Shown here: positions 55,975-64,000 of the stretch, in pieces
Layout: the number at the start of each line of letters is the position of its first letter
Position numbering within the stretch: the first letter of the stretch is position 1
Source: Ignavibacteriales bacterium
GTDB lineage: Bacteria; Bacteroidota; Ignavibacteria; UBA10030
DNA length: 64,000 nt
Assembly (NCBI GenBank): GCA_016193365.1
Contig: JACPSI010000123.1
Coordinates: 20,543 to 84,542 of the forward strand
Direction of reading: 5' to 3'
The notes under the pieces: model-generated
Seen by the model: only the letters and a program-made list of their open reading frames with translations
What the model was told of the DNA's origin: nothing
Database searches by the model: none
Translations under genes and position numbers: made by a program

Positions 55975-58515
55975 ATGCGCGCGCAAAGAATGAACCAAGA
56001 GAACACACACATCGTCTATCCACGGAGGGTGGCCAGTTTGTTCTGTTTGATGGTTTCCTTCATCTCCCTCTTGACTTCCCAGGAACCGCGCGTCTTGAAC
56101 TCGGCTGAAATCAAACTGGCCTTAAAGAGGCTGACAGTGCTCGGGTCCTCGCTTTTTGTTGCTGCGCATCCCGATGATGAAAACACTGCGTTTTTAGCTA
56201 CCATGACGCAAGGAAGGCTCTATCGCGCTGCCTATCTGGCCATGACACGCGGGGAAGGCGGGCAAAATCTCATTGGGCCGGAGCAGGGTGACCTCATGGG
56301 GGTCATAAGGACTCAGGAGTTGCTGGCAGCGAGAAACATTGATGGAGCGGAACAGTATTTCACGCGTGCAATCGATTTTGGATTCTCGAAAACGATGGAA
56401 GAAACAGTAAAGTTTTGGGGGAAGGAAAAAACTCTTTCGGACGTCGTCTGGGTCATCAGGAGTTTTAGGCCTGATGTTATCGTTAATCGGTTTACTCCCC
56501 AGCAAGGGGGACACGGAAACCATTCGGCATCTGCGGCATTCGCAACCGAGGCGTTTGAGGCTGCGGCCGATCCCAACAGATTTCCAGAACAGCTTAGATA
56601 CGTTCAACCGTGGAAAGCCAAACGAATCGTGTGGAATGTGTTTCGATTTCAGCAAAGTGACAATCCCACGCCGCCCCCAAATTCGGTAAGCTTGGACCTG
56701 GGTGGGTACAACACCCTTTTAGGGAAATCGTACACAGAGATTTCAGGCGAAAGCCGCAGCATGCATAAGAGCCAGGGGTTTGGCGCGGGGCAGAATAGAG
56801 GCGAATTCATCAACTATTTCCAGCACGTTGCGGGAGAACCGGCGCAGAATGACTTGTTCGACGGCGTGAACACGGAATGGTCTCGCGTCGAGGGAGGTAA
56901 AGAAGTGGACGATCTTCTTGCGGAGGCGCAACGTTCATTCCATCCCGAAGACCCATCGAAGGTCATCCCTGTGCTCTTGAAGGCTTACGACGCAATGAAT
57001 CGTCTTTCTGATCCGTGGGCCGACATTAAAAAAAGTGAACTCGAATCCGTGATCAAGTCGTGCGCCGGAATCTGGATTGACGCAATCTCTGCCGAAAACT
57101 CAGCAGTATCCGGGGCAGAGCTTAAATTGACGACTGTGGTCATTAATCGTTCTCACTATCCATTTGTGCTCGAACGCGTTTCCGCACAGTATGGTGAACG
57201 GGACACAGTGTTGAACGCCCGTCTTGCCTACAATGTGCCGAACAGGTCGACATTCTCTGTCAAGCTTCCGGCGGTCTTGAGTTACTCACAACCGTACTGG
57301 CTTGTGCAGGAGGGCGAGGCAGGTTCGTATGTAGTCACTGATGAAAAACTCGTGGGGTATCCGGAAAACGTTCCCTCACTTTCAGCGAAAATTGTTCTGT
57401 CTTCCTCCGATGGGAAGCTGAGTGTAAGCATGCCAGTTCGTTTTCGGTCAGTTGACCCGGTCGAGGGCGAACTTTATCGACCGTTTGTGGTTGTTCCTCC
57501 TGTGGCTGTCAACCTGCCTGAGGCGGTGCATGTTTTTCCCGAGCTCCGTGAAAAGAAGGTCGAAGTGAATCTGAGAAGCGGAACGACGAACGTCAGGGGG
57601 TCAGTTCGACTCAAAGTGCCGAATGGTTGGCTGGTAAAACCTGAAACCATTCCTTTCGAGTTCAAGGGGAAGAATGAGGAGCAATACGTTTCATTCACCG
57701 TGAAACCGTCAAACGGCGCTGTCAGTGGAGGATTTTTGGCGGAGGCAGATGTTGCGGGGAAGAAGGTCACTCAGGGGACTCGGACTATTCAATACAAACA
57801 TATTCCCCCGCAGACGGTTTTTCCTGTTGCCGAAGGGAAGCTGCTACGTTTCGATGTGAAGCGTCGGGGCCAGAATATCGGATACATCATGGGGGCGGGA
57901 GATGAAATTCCAGTTGCGCTGCGTCAGGTCGGGTACAGTGTATCGCTTCTCTCAGATGAAGAAATTGCTGAGGGAGATTTTTCGAAATACGATGCGATCG
58001 TCGCTGGTGTGCGCGCATACAATACCCGGCCAAAGCTCCGGACTCACCAGAAGAGACTCATGGAGTATGTTGAGAAAGGCGGAACGTACGTTGTTCAATA
58101 CGTGACTTTGCAGCGCGGTGAATCGGAAAATATCGGACCGTATCCACTCACGATTTCCCGTGACCGCGTGACTGTCGAAGACTCCGAGGTGACACTCCTT
58201 AATCCGAAGAGTCCTTTTCTAAGTTTGCCACACAAGGTCAACGACGACGATTTCAAGGGCTGGATTCAAGAGCGGGGCCTATATTTTGCGAGCAAATGGG
58301 ATGCTAAGTATGATTCGCTTCTGTCCATGAACGATCCCGGCGAGAGTCCCAAGAGAGGCAGTTTACTCGTCTCGACCTACGGTAAAGGTATTTATGTTTA
58401 TACGGGACTCGCGTTCTTTCGCCAATTACCTGCGGGTGTCCCCGGCGCCTACAGGCTTTTTGTCAATCTTGTGTCCGCAAGGAATATTGCCAGGCGGGAC
58501 GGAGTATCAAAGTAA
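55975..58515 (+). CDS. PIG-L (LmbE-like) family deacetylase with large C-terminal domains
   Basis: VAAHPDDENTAF and HSASA metal-binding motifs in the N-terminal third. The remaining ~550 aa are uncharacterised, with a ThuA/class-I-amidotransferase-like tail (YDAIVAGVRAYN). Confidence 0.75.
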   Translation: MRAQRMNQENTHIVYPRRVASLFCLMVSFISLLTSQEPRVLNSAEIKLALKRLTVLGSSLFVAAHPDDENTAFLATMTQGRLYRAAYLAMTRGEGGQNLIGPEQGDLMGVIRTQELLAARNIDGAEQYFTRAIDFGFSKTMEETVKFWGKEKTLSDVVWVIRSFRPDVIVNRFTPQQGGHGNHSASAAFATEAFEAAADPNRFPEQLRYVQPWKAKRIVWNVFRFQQSDNPTPPPNSVSLDLGGYNTLLGKSYTEISGESRSMHKSQGFGAGQNRGEFINYFQHVAGEPAQNDLFDGVNTEWSRVEGGKEVDDLLAEAQRSFHPEDPSKVIPVLLKAYDAMNRLSDPWADIKKSELESVIKSCAGIWIDAISAENSAVSGAELKLTTVVINRSHYPFVLERVSAQYGERDTVLNARLAYNVPNRSTFSVKLPAVLSYSQPYWLVQEGEAGSYVVTDEKLVGYPENVPSLSAKIVLSSSDGKLSVSMPVRFRSVDPVEGELYRPFVVVPPVAVNLPEAVHVFPELREKKVEVNLRSGTTNVRGSVRLKVPNGWLVKPETIPFEFKGKNEEQYVSFTVKPSNGAVSGGFLAEADVAGKKVTQGTRTIQYKHIPPQTVFPVAEGKLLRFDVKRRGQNIGYIMGAGDEIPVALRQVGYSVSLLSDEEIAEGDFSKYDAIVAGVRAYNTRPKLRTHQKRLMEYVEKGGTYVVQYVTLQRGESENIGPYPLTISRDRVTVEDSEVTLLNPKSPFLSLPHKVNDDDFKGWIQERGLYFASKWDAKYDSLLSMNDPGESPKRGSLLVSTYGKGIYVYTGLAFFRQLPAGVPGAYRLFVNLVSARNIARRDGVSK

Positions 58516-58530
58516 TAATTAGCCTGCACG

Positions 58531-58659
58531 TTGAAACCAGATCAGGCACCAGACTCTCCGCCTTTCTTTAAGACATGGCACCGCGCGTACGCGGCGGTTC
58601 TGTGTGAATTAGTCCTCCTTATCCTTCTCTTCTATTTCTTTGGCCGATCGTTTCAATGA
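58531..58659 (+). CDS. Possible 42-aa single-TM mini-protein translationally coupled to the symporter
   Basis: TTG 58531 gives (M)KPDQAPDSPPFFKTWHRAYAAVLCELVLLILLFYFFGRSFQ*. Its stop TGA (58657-58659) overlaps the symporter ATG (58656) as ATGA. There is no ATG start, so this is speculative. Confidence 0.3.
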   Translation: MKPDQAPDSPPFFKTWHRAYAAVLCELVLLILLFYFFGRSFQ

Positions 58660-60365
58660 GAACCCTTGACTGGGTTGTCCTCGCCGTTACTCTTGTTTCC
58701 ATCGTCCTGTATGGAATTTACAAAGGAAGAGGCAGCCGGAACATCAAAGGCTATCTTCTTGCCGACCGTCAAATGCGATGGTACACGGTTGCATTTTCCA
58801 TCATGGCCACGCAAGCGAGCGCCATTACGTTCACGTCAACGCCTGGACAAGCTTTTGTCGACGGCATGAGGTTCGTTCAGTACTACCTCGGCCTGCCGAT
58901 TGCCATGGTGGTCCTGAGCATGACGGCAGTTCCCATTTTTCACAAGCTGGGTGTATTTACGGCCTATGAATATCTCGAACACCGTTTCGATTCAAAGACA
59001 AGAACGCTGACGAGCATCATTTTTCTTGTTTCAAGAGGCCTCGGGGCCGGGATGACGATTTATGCGCCGTCTGTGGTGCTGTCGGTCATGCTCGGGTGGG
59101 ACATCAGAATCACTTCGACTGTTATCGGAGGTGCCGTGATTATTTACACAACTTCCGGAGGGGTGAAGGCAGTCAACTGGACGGACTTCCAGCAATTGTC
59201 GATCATCATGTTTGGCATGTTCGTCGCTTTTTTCATGACGATCCATTTATTGCCCGGCGACGTGAGTTTCTCAGAAGCTCTTCACGTTGCAGGAGGAATG
59301 GGGAAGCTTAACCTTATAGATTTCTCGTTTGATCTGAGCAACCGCTACAATTTCTGGTCTGGGATCATCGGGGGAATGTTTGTCGCGTTGGCATATTTCG
59401 GGACGGATCAATCGCAGGTCCAACGTTACTTAACCGGTCAATCTGTGACGCAAAGCAGGCTCGGGCTCCTCTTCAACGGAATGGCGAAAGTGCCGATGCA
59501 ATTTTTTATCCTGCTGATAGGGGCGATGGTGTTTGTGTTCTATCAGTTTGAACGGCCTCCGCTGTTCTTCAACCCGGTCGAAACACAGAAGGTCGAGAAA
59601 AGCGCGGATGCACAAGCATTTGGACAACTCGAACGAGAGCACGAAGCAGTATTTCGAACCAAATCAGGGGAACTCAGAAATTATCTTGAGGCATTGCGGT
59701 CCGGTGATGAGCGGATTGCACAGGATGCGCTGGCGTCTGTGCGAGTGCAACAGCAACGAGAGGAGCAATTGAGAAGGCAGGCATCGCAAATCGTCGAGGC
59801 GACAAGCGGCCCTCTCGCAACCAATGACACAAACTACATTTTTCTTTCGTTTGTGACGAAGTATTTGCCCGTCGGACTTGTTGGACTGGTGTTTGCCTGC
59901 ATCTTTGCAGCGACTATGTCATCAAGCTCGGGTGAGCTCAGCGCATTGGCGACATGCTCCGTTGTTGATGTGTACAAGCGTCATGTTCGCCAAGATGGCG
60001 ACGAGAAACACTATCTTGTCGTCTCGAGAATCCTGATGGCTGTCTGGGGTGTGTACGGAATTGGCTTTGCCCAATTTGCAACCGGGCTTGGCTCACTTGT
60101 TGAAGCCGTGAACATCATTGGCTCGTTGTTCTACGGAACGATGCTGGGAGTATTTCTGACGGCGTTCTATTTGAAGAGCGTCAACGGGACTGCGGTGTTT
60201 TGGGGAGCTATGGTAAGTCAGGGAGTCGTGCTTGCCCTGTTTGCATCTGAATATTTCTTTGAAATCGTCAAACTCTCGTGGCTGTGGTACCCGGTGGTGG
60301 GTTGTCTGGTCGTTCTCGGAGTAGCCTCGATTCTCCCTAGCTTGATGGCCGATAAAAAAGCATAA
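58656..60365 (+). CDS. Sodium:solute symporter family (SSF) transporter
   Basis: 569 aa with about 13-14 TM helices. SSF-type N-terminus (GRGSRNIKGYLLADRQMRW...) with an internal soluble coiled loop. Confidence 0.85.
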   Translation: MRTLDWVVLAVTLVSIVLYGIYKGRGSRNIKGYLLADRQMRWYTVAFSIMATQASAITFTSTPGQAFVDGMRFVQYYLGLPIAMVVLSMTAVPIFHKLGVFTAYEYLEHRFDSKTRTLTSIIFLVSRGLGAGMTIYAPSVVLSVMLGWDIRITSTVIGGAVIIYTTSGGVKAVNWTDFQQLSIIMFGMFVAFFMTIHLLPGDVSFSEALHVAGGMGKLNLIDFSFDLSNRYNFWSGIIGGMFVALAYFGTDQSQVQRYLTGQSVTQSRLGLLFNGMAKVPMQFFILLIGAMVFVFYQFERPPLFFNPVETQKVEKSADAQAFGQLEREHEAVFRTKSGELRNYLEALRSGDERIAQDALASVRVQQQREEQLRRQASQIVEATSGPLATNDTNYIFLSFVTKYLPVGLVGLVFACIFAATMSSSSGELSALATCSVVDVYKRHVRQDGDEKHYLVVSRILMAVWGVYGIGFAQFATGLGSLVEAVNIIGSLFYGTMLGVFLTAFYLKSVNGTAVFWGAMVSQGVVLALFASEYFFEIVKLSWLWYPVVGCLVVLGVASILPSLMADKKA

Positions 60366-60645
60366 AAAACGTTCTGTGAAGTTGTTATGTGTGAAATTCT
60401 TTGGACAGCCTCAACTCCGGCGATGGTTTTAGTCCTTCACACAATACCGTGCTAACGTCTTCGTTTGGAAGAAATGCATTTCATCTCCAGTGATAGCGAC
60501 ACTGCCATGGTCCGATCTGGGAGCTGATGACTCCACCTAAAGAAAAGAACAGGAAATCGGCCTCAAAGTCAAAGAGCCGAGAGTGAGGTACGGGAAAAAG
60601 CTATCGGAGTAAACTAGGTTCTCCGTCGCTTGATGGCAAAGAAAA

Positions 60646-60669
60646 AGCCTCATCACTGCTGATGAGGCT
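60646..60669 (-). terminator. Intrinsic terminator for the minus-strand DUF2911 gene
   Basis: Perfect 10-bp stem AGCCTCATCA-CTGC-TGATGAGGCT. On the minus strand it is followed by TTTTTCTTTG. Confidence 0.6.
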
Positions 60670-60847
60670 TCAAAAAGTCGAAAACTAACGCGAGGACTGT
60701 CCCGTCGAGCGTTTAATTTACACTAAATTCCGATGAGGCTTGAGCAACCTTCCGAAGGTCATTCGTAGACTTCAGAAGTCTACCTGGAGAGTTGCGACTG
60801 AGACTTCGGAAGTCTCTCACCGAAACCTTCGGAAAGTCGCGTTAGAT

Positions 60848-61756
60848 CTAATTCGTCCCTGTTTTTCCTGTTTTCCAGTTCGCCACCGTTTTTTCGAACC
60901 CTTCGAACGCCGTCTTCGTGAAGGAGCTCACTGACTTCGGATCCGCTGCCTTGTAGAGCTTAAGGCATTCATCCGCTGCAGCGAGGGCTTCTTTTGTTTT
61001 TCCGGCCATAGCCAGGAGTTCGGCCTTTGTTCTTAGGTTGTTGTAGTTCTTGTTCATGGCGATTGAGCGGTCTGCCCAATCCATCGCTTCTGTTGTGTAC
61101 ATCGCGTGGTCGATAGCCGACCGTGCGGCTGAATTCAGAATTTGCCATGTGCCGACGGAGGTTTGAAGCTTCGCGACAGTGTTGAATTCTATTTTGAACG
61201 GAAGCCGGACTTTATCCCATGCCAGCACAACCGTTGCGGATGCCGGTGTCATGTCCGTAAAGCTAAAAGACAACCACTCCTCCTGCGATCCAGTTTGCGG
61301 GGTGACGGGAAACCTGAGTGTATCGTACTTTTCCTCGTAGACAGTTCCCCAATTTTTCACTTCCGAATTAAAAATTGCTGTCCATTCCTTTTCTCCGGGA
61401 ATTGTCACGAAACGGTAAGACCCGGCCCTCACTTTTTTCCCTGCAATGGTCACTTCATCGCTGAACGTAAAGATTGTGGGTTCGTTTGCGCCGGCGCGCC
61501 ATACCTCTCCATATGCCTCCAACGGGTTTGCGCTCTTCGGCCCGAAAATTGTTCTTCCTTTCACTCCGGGGCGGTGATAGTAAATCGTGACTTCGCTCAG
61601 GCCGATAACTTGCGTTATCTTCTGGCCCTGGCTGATTCTCGGAACGCGCAAAACGGGAAAATTAGGCGACTGGGCCGGCTGAGCGAAAGAATCGGTGTTG
61701 AAAAGTGCCACGGCGCCAATAAAATAAGCTGTGAGTCGGCAAATACTCCTTCTCAT
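60848..61756 (-). CDS. DUF2911 domain protein with C-terminal TPR-like region
   Basis: Signal peptide. YGEVWRAGANEPTIFTFSDEVTIAGKKVRAGSYRF is the DUF2911 signature. Confidence 0.78.
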   Translation of the reverse strand: MRRSICRLTAYFIGAVALFNTDSFAQPAQSPNFPVLRVPRISQGQKITQVIGLSEVTIYYHRPGVKGRTIFGPKSANPLEAYGEVWRAGANEPTIFTFSDEVTIAGKKVRAGSYRFVTIPGEKEWTAIFNSEVKNWGTVYEEKYDTLRFPVTPQTGSQEEWLSFSFTDMTPASATVVLAWDKVRLPFKIEFNTVAKLQTSVGTWQILNSAARSAIDHAMYTTEAMDWADRSIAMNKNYNNLRTKAELLAMAGKTKEALAAADECLKLYKAADPKSVSSFTKTAFEGFEKTVANWKTGKTGTN

Positions 61757-61818
61757 GGAATCCTCCTTTAAGGTGAATGATGTACGGAATTAGTACGAGG
61801 TTTGTATTTCGCGTTATA

Positions 61819-61939
61819 GAGGCTGTCCAAAAAGTAACTTTTGACCAGTTGTGCAATTTCGAAAGTTGTTGAATTCAAATCATTTTCACAACCCCAGCGG
61901 TGGCGGGAATACTTCCCGCCCTACATTTTGGACAGCCTC
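61819..61939. mobile_element. Second 121-bp MITE-like element (GAGGCTGTCCAAAA ... TTTTGGACAGCCTC), inverted relative to 19169-19289
   Basis: Same length and termini as the first copy. The GGCGGGAATACTTCCCGCCCTACATTTTGGACAGCCTC end is the reverse complement of the left end of the first copy, with 2-3 mismatches. Confidence 0.6.
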
Positions 61940-61961
61940 GGTTTACGGTAATATTTCGCAG

Positions 61962-63293
61962 TCAGCTTTTTGGCAATCCCTTTTTTGCGATATCCGTCAT
62001 CACTTCGCAAAACCGGTCCAGTTCATCCAGTGTGGTGTATACGCTTGGTGTAATCCGGATGCCTTTAAACTCTTCATGGACAATTGGAGTTGTGAAAATC
62101 TTATGAGAATTCATGAGGTACCCGCCGATAGCCACGGGGTCGATGTCGACAATTTCCACATTGGCGATTCCACAGGATTGATTTTTGTCGAACGAAGTGT
62201 GGAAGCGAACATTCGGCAACGCTTTCAGTTTGTCCGCCCAGTAGTTTCTGAGATATCTGAGCCGTTCCTCTTTTCTTTTTGCACCGAGTCCTTTGTGGTA
62301 CATGAGCGCCTCGCCGATGGCAAGATGATTCGCAGCTGGATGAGTGCCGATTTCTTCAAACTTGCGGATGTCGGTCGCTTGCTTCTTCTCCGCGGCCATC
62401 AAGGGCCAGAGTTTTTCAATCTTCTCGCGCTTGACGTACAACATCCCCGTTCCCTTAGGGGCGAACAGCCATTTGTGCAGGCTGGTTCCGAAATAATCAC
62501 ATCCCAAATCTCTTTGCTTGAAATCGAAATGTGCAAACGAATGAGCTCCGTCGACGATCACTTCTATTCCTTTGCGCCGTGCCATCTCGCAAATCTCCTT
62601 TACGGGGACAATCTGGCCCGTAATGTTGATCATATGAGAGATGAGGATAACACGAGTCTTGGGCGTAACTGCTTTTTCGAACGCGTCCGTGATCTCGCTG
62701 AGATTCTTTGGCGGGATGGGGATCTTAATTTGTTTAAGCACCAACCCTTCCCGTAGTTCACGTTGACGCAGTGTTGTGAGCATGCGCGGGTAATCCTGCG
62801 TTGTCGTCAGGATTTCGTCGCCGGATTTCAAGTCAAGGCCAAACAGGCAAATCTCGAGGGCTTCGGAAGCATTACGAGTAACGGCAATTTCTTCCCGGTC
62901 GCATCCGAAGGCATCAGCCAAACCCGTGCGGACGGTTTCGATTTGAGGCTCCAGAATCTGCCACATGGTGTAAGCTGTTACGTCCTCCTGCTGCCAGATG
63001 TAACGAACGAGCGCTTCGGTGACAATTCTGGGCGACGGCGACACGCCCCCGTTGTTGAGGTTCGTGATGCCACGGGTGATGCTAAACGACTGCTGTATAT
63101 CGAACCAAAAATCTTCGTCGATGGCTGCAGAGGAGGCGGAAAGGTGTTCAACTCGCCTTGTCGCCGCCTTCAATTCGTTGAACAGCGCTGCAACGGTTGG
63201 AGATGCAAGAGTTGCGAGGCCGAGTCCCTTTCCTGCTAAAGACAGAAACGAGCGGCGGTCAAATTCGGCTGTGGCGGCAGGATGGTCGTTCAT
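61962..63293 (-). CDS. Class V aminotransferase-fold PLP enzyme with twin-arginine signal
   Basis: DRRSFLSLAGKGLGLATLASP (Tat motif). Class V fold with DGAHSF and the PLP-lysine region SLHKWLFAPKGTG. ATG 63293 has an AAGGAG Shine-Dalgarno sequence, preferred over 63317. Confidence 0.8.
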   Translation of the reverse strand: MNDHPAATAEFDRRSFLSLAGKGLGLATLASPTVAALFNELKAATRRVEHLSASSAAIDEDFWFDIQQSFSITRGITNLNNGGVSPSPRIVTEALVRYIWQQEDVTAYTMWQILEPQIETVRTGLADAFGCDREEIAVTRNASEALEICLFGLDLKSGDEILTTTQDYPRMLTTLRQRELREGLVLKQIKIPIPPKNLSEITDAFEKAVTPKTRVILISHMINITGQIVPVKEICEMARRKGIEVIVDGAHSFAHFDFKQRDLGCDYFGTSLHKWLFAPKGTGMLYVKREKIEKLWPLMAAEKKQATDIRKFEEIGTHPAANHLAIGEALMYHKGLGAKRKEERLRYLRNYWADKLKALPNVRFHTSFDKNQSCGIANVEIVDIDPVAIGGYLMNSHKIFTTPIVHEEFKGIRITPSVYTTLDELDRFCEVMTDIAKKGLPKS

Positions 63294-63376
63294 GACATAC
63301 TCCTTCTTTTGATGCAAAGATGGTACGTAATTTCCGTCGGAAGGTCAAAAAGAAACGAGATCTTCGTTGAACACTG

Positions 63377-64000
63377 TCAGGAAAGGAGGTGGTGGGGCAT
63401 CGGGTTATCCGGTCTCTCTGACTCCCACGCCACGCTGAGGATCCACCAGCGCCCGTGGTCTCTGACGAGTTGAATGCTGTTGATACCGCGAGCAATCGGC
63501 GCAACATCGCTTTTAGAGAACCGGGATTCATAAGCGCTGAAAACGTGGGCGATGTTTCCGAAGAATTCCGTCTTGCGGCCGATCTCACGTTCGTAAAAGC
63601 CTTTCCCCTTGAATTCCGACTCCTCGACGAATCTGTCCGAACGTGCGATGAACTCCTCAGTGTGTAAAACCGCCACAGACCTTTCCTGCGGGGTTTTCGC
63701 GGGGATGAATTTTGCATTAAAGTGGCACAGGGAGCGGAGCCGTGCATAATCCGGCTTGCTCCGGGGGGCGAAAGTCATGCAACCGTACAGTGCCCCGACC
63801 ATTGAATCAATGCTCTCGACATCGGACGGATTGGCGCCTGCCAGAATGACCTCCGCGATCACGCCCCCGTTGATCAATTTCCATTCAGAGTCCGTCATTC
63901 CGTAAATAACAAGGTCGACGAAGTGTCCGTAGAGATACTCGGCACGCAGTGCGATTCCTTCTTTGCGAAACCCGAGCCGTTCGGGAATCCTGCAACTTTT
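63377..64000 (-). CDS. GNAT-type N-acetyltransferase C-terminus fused to an NTF2/SnoaL-like domain (5' end outside the window)
   Basis: The minus-strand frame stays open past the track ATG (63898) to the window edge: ...CRIPERLGFRKEGIALRAEYLYGHFVDLVIYGMTDSEW is a typical RimJ/RimL-type GNAT C-terminus. A ~165-aa extra domain follows. Confidence 0.6.
   Translation of the reverse strand, partial: KSCRIPERLGFRKEGIALRAEYLYGHFVDLVIYGMTDSEWKLINGGVIAEVILAGANPSDVESIDSMVGALYGCMTFAPRSKPDYARLRSLCHFNAKFIPAKTPQERSVAVLHTEEFIARSDRFVEESEFKGKGFYEREIGRKTEFFGNIAHVFSAYESRFSKSDVAPIARGINSIQLVRDHGRWWILSVAWESERPDNPMPHHLLS

Noticed and set aside
60740-60934. 64-aa plus-strand ORF in the 60.4-60.85 kb gap
   Set aside because: It is composed of the palindromic CTTCGGAAG-type repeats, and its 3' part is antisense to the DUF2911 gene. 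There is no start context.
61851-62756. 301-aa plus-strand ORF
   Set aside because: It is antisense to the class V PLP enzyme gene, and its 5' part runs through the MITE-like element. It has no motif.
1-64000. rRNA, tRNA, tmRNA, RNase P, SRP RNA or riboswitches in the intergenic regions
   Set aside because: Visual scanning of all gaps longer than 60 nt found no tRNA-like T-arm/acceptor pattern and none of the conserved cores I know (for example GGTTCGAATCC-type T-loops, or the RNase P GAGGAAAGTCC). An Infernal/tRNAscan run would be needed to be certain.

Overview
This is a 64-kb, densely packed chromosomal segment of about 55 protein genes. It probably comes from an FCB-group bacterium (Ignavibacteria/Bacteroidota-like). 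That is an inference from gene content (DUF5103/T9SS-plug-like protein, bS22-like mini-protein, GxxExxY and four-helix-bundle selfish ORFs), not a database hit.

Most genes are housekeeping:
- An E. coli-type fumarate reductase frdABCD, interrupted by a proton-translocating transhydrogenase (pntAA plus a fused pntAB-pntB) and a CBS protein.
- queG, trxB, sppA, an HU/IHF-like protein, an EF-G paralogue and uvrA.
- An ECF sigma / anti-sigma / DUF4097 operon, and a TolC-MacA-MacB-type efflux operon.
- A class I aldolase, a CCA/poly(A)-polymerase family enzyme, an ALDH-containing operon, a PIG-L deacetylase and a Na+/solute symporter.

I saw no rRNA, tRNA, CRISPR array, integrase or transposase.

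The stand-out region is a visibly A+T-richer three-gene island at about 23.46-28.16 kb, wedged between the EF-G paralogue and uvrA. It encodes:
- an alpha-type SPPY DNA methyltransferase whose 3' end looks broken;
- a soluble 743-aa protein carrying both a MORC/Hsp90-type GHKL ATPase domain and a complete histidine-kinase core;
- a CheY-like receiver protein fused to an unrecognisable ~250-aa output domain, whose 3' end carries a C8 tract.

I read this island as a candidate undescribed two-component, methylation-linked defence module.

The intergenic space is rich in small repeats:
- a 121-bp MITE-like element with GAGGCTGTCCAAAA inverted termini (two full copies, one variant, one remnant);
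- CCCCTC/GAGGGG hairpin units and GACTT..AAGTC hairpins;
- two small selfish-type ORFs, each bracketed by inverted oligomer arrays.

Four genes show frame breaks. Three are at homopolymer runs and the fourth (the methyltransferase) is near T5/A7 runs, so sequencing error must be excluded before any biological reading.
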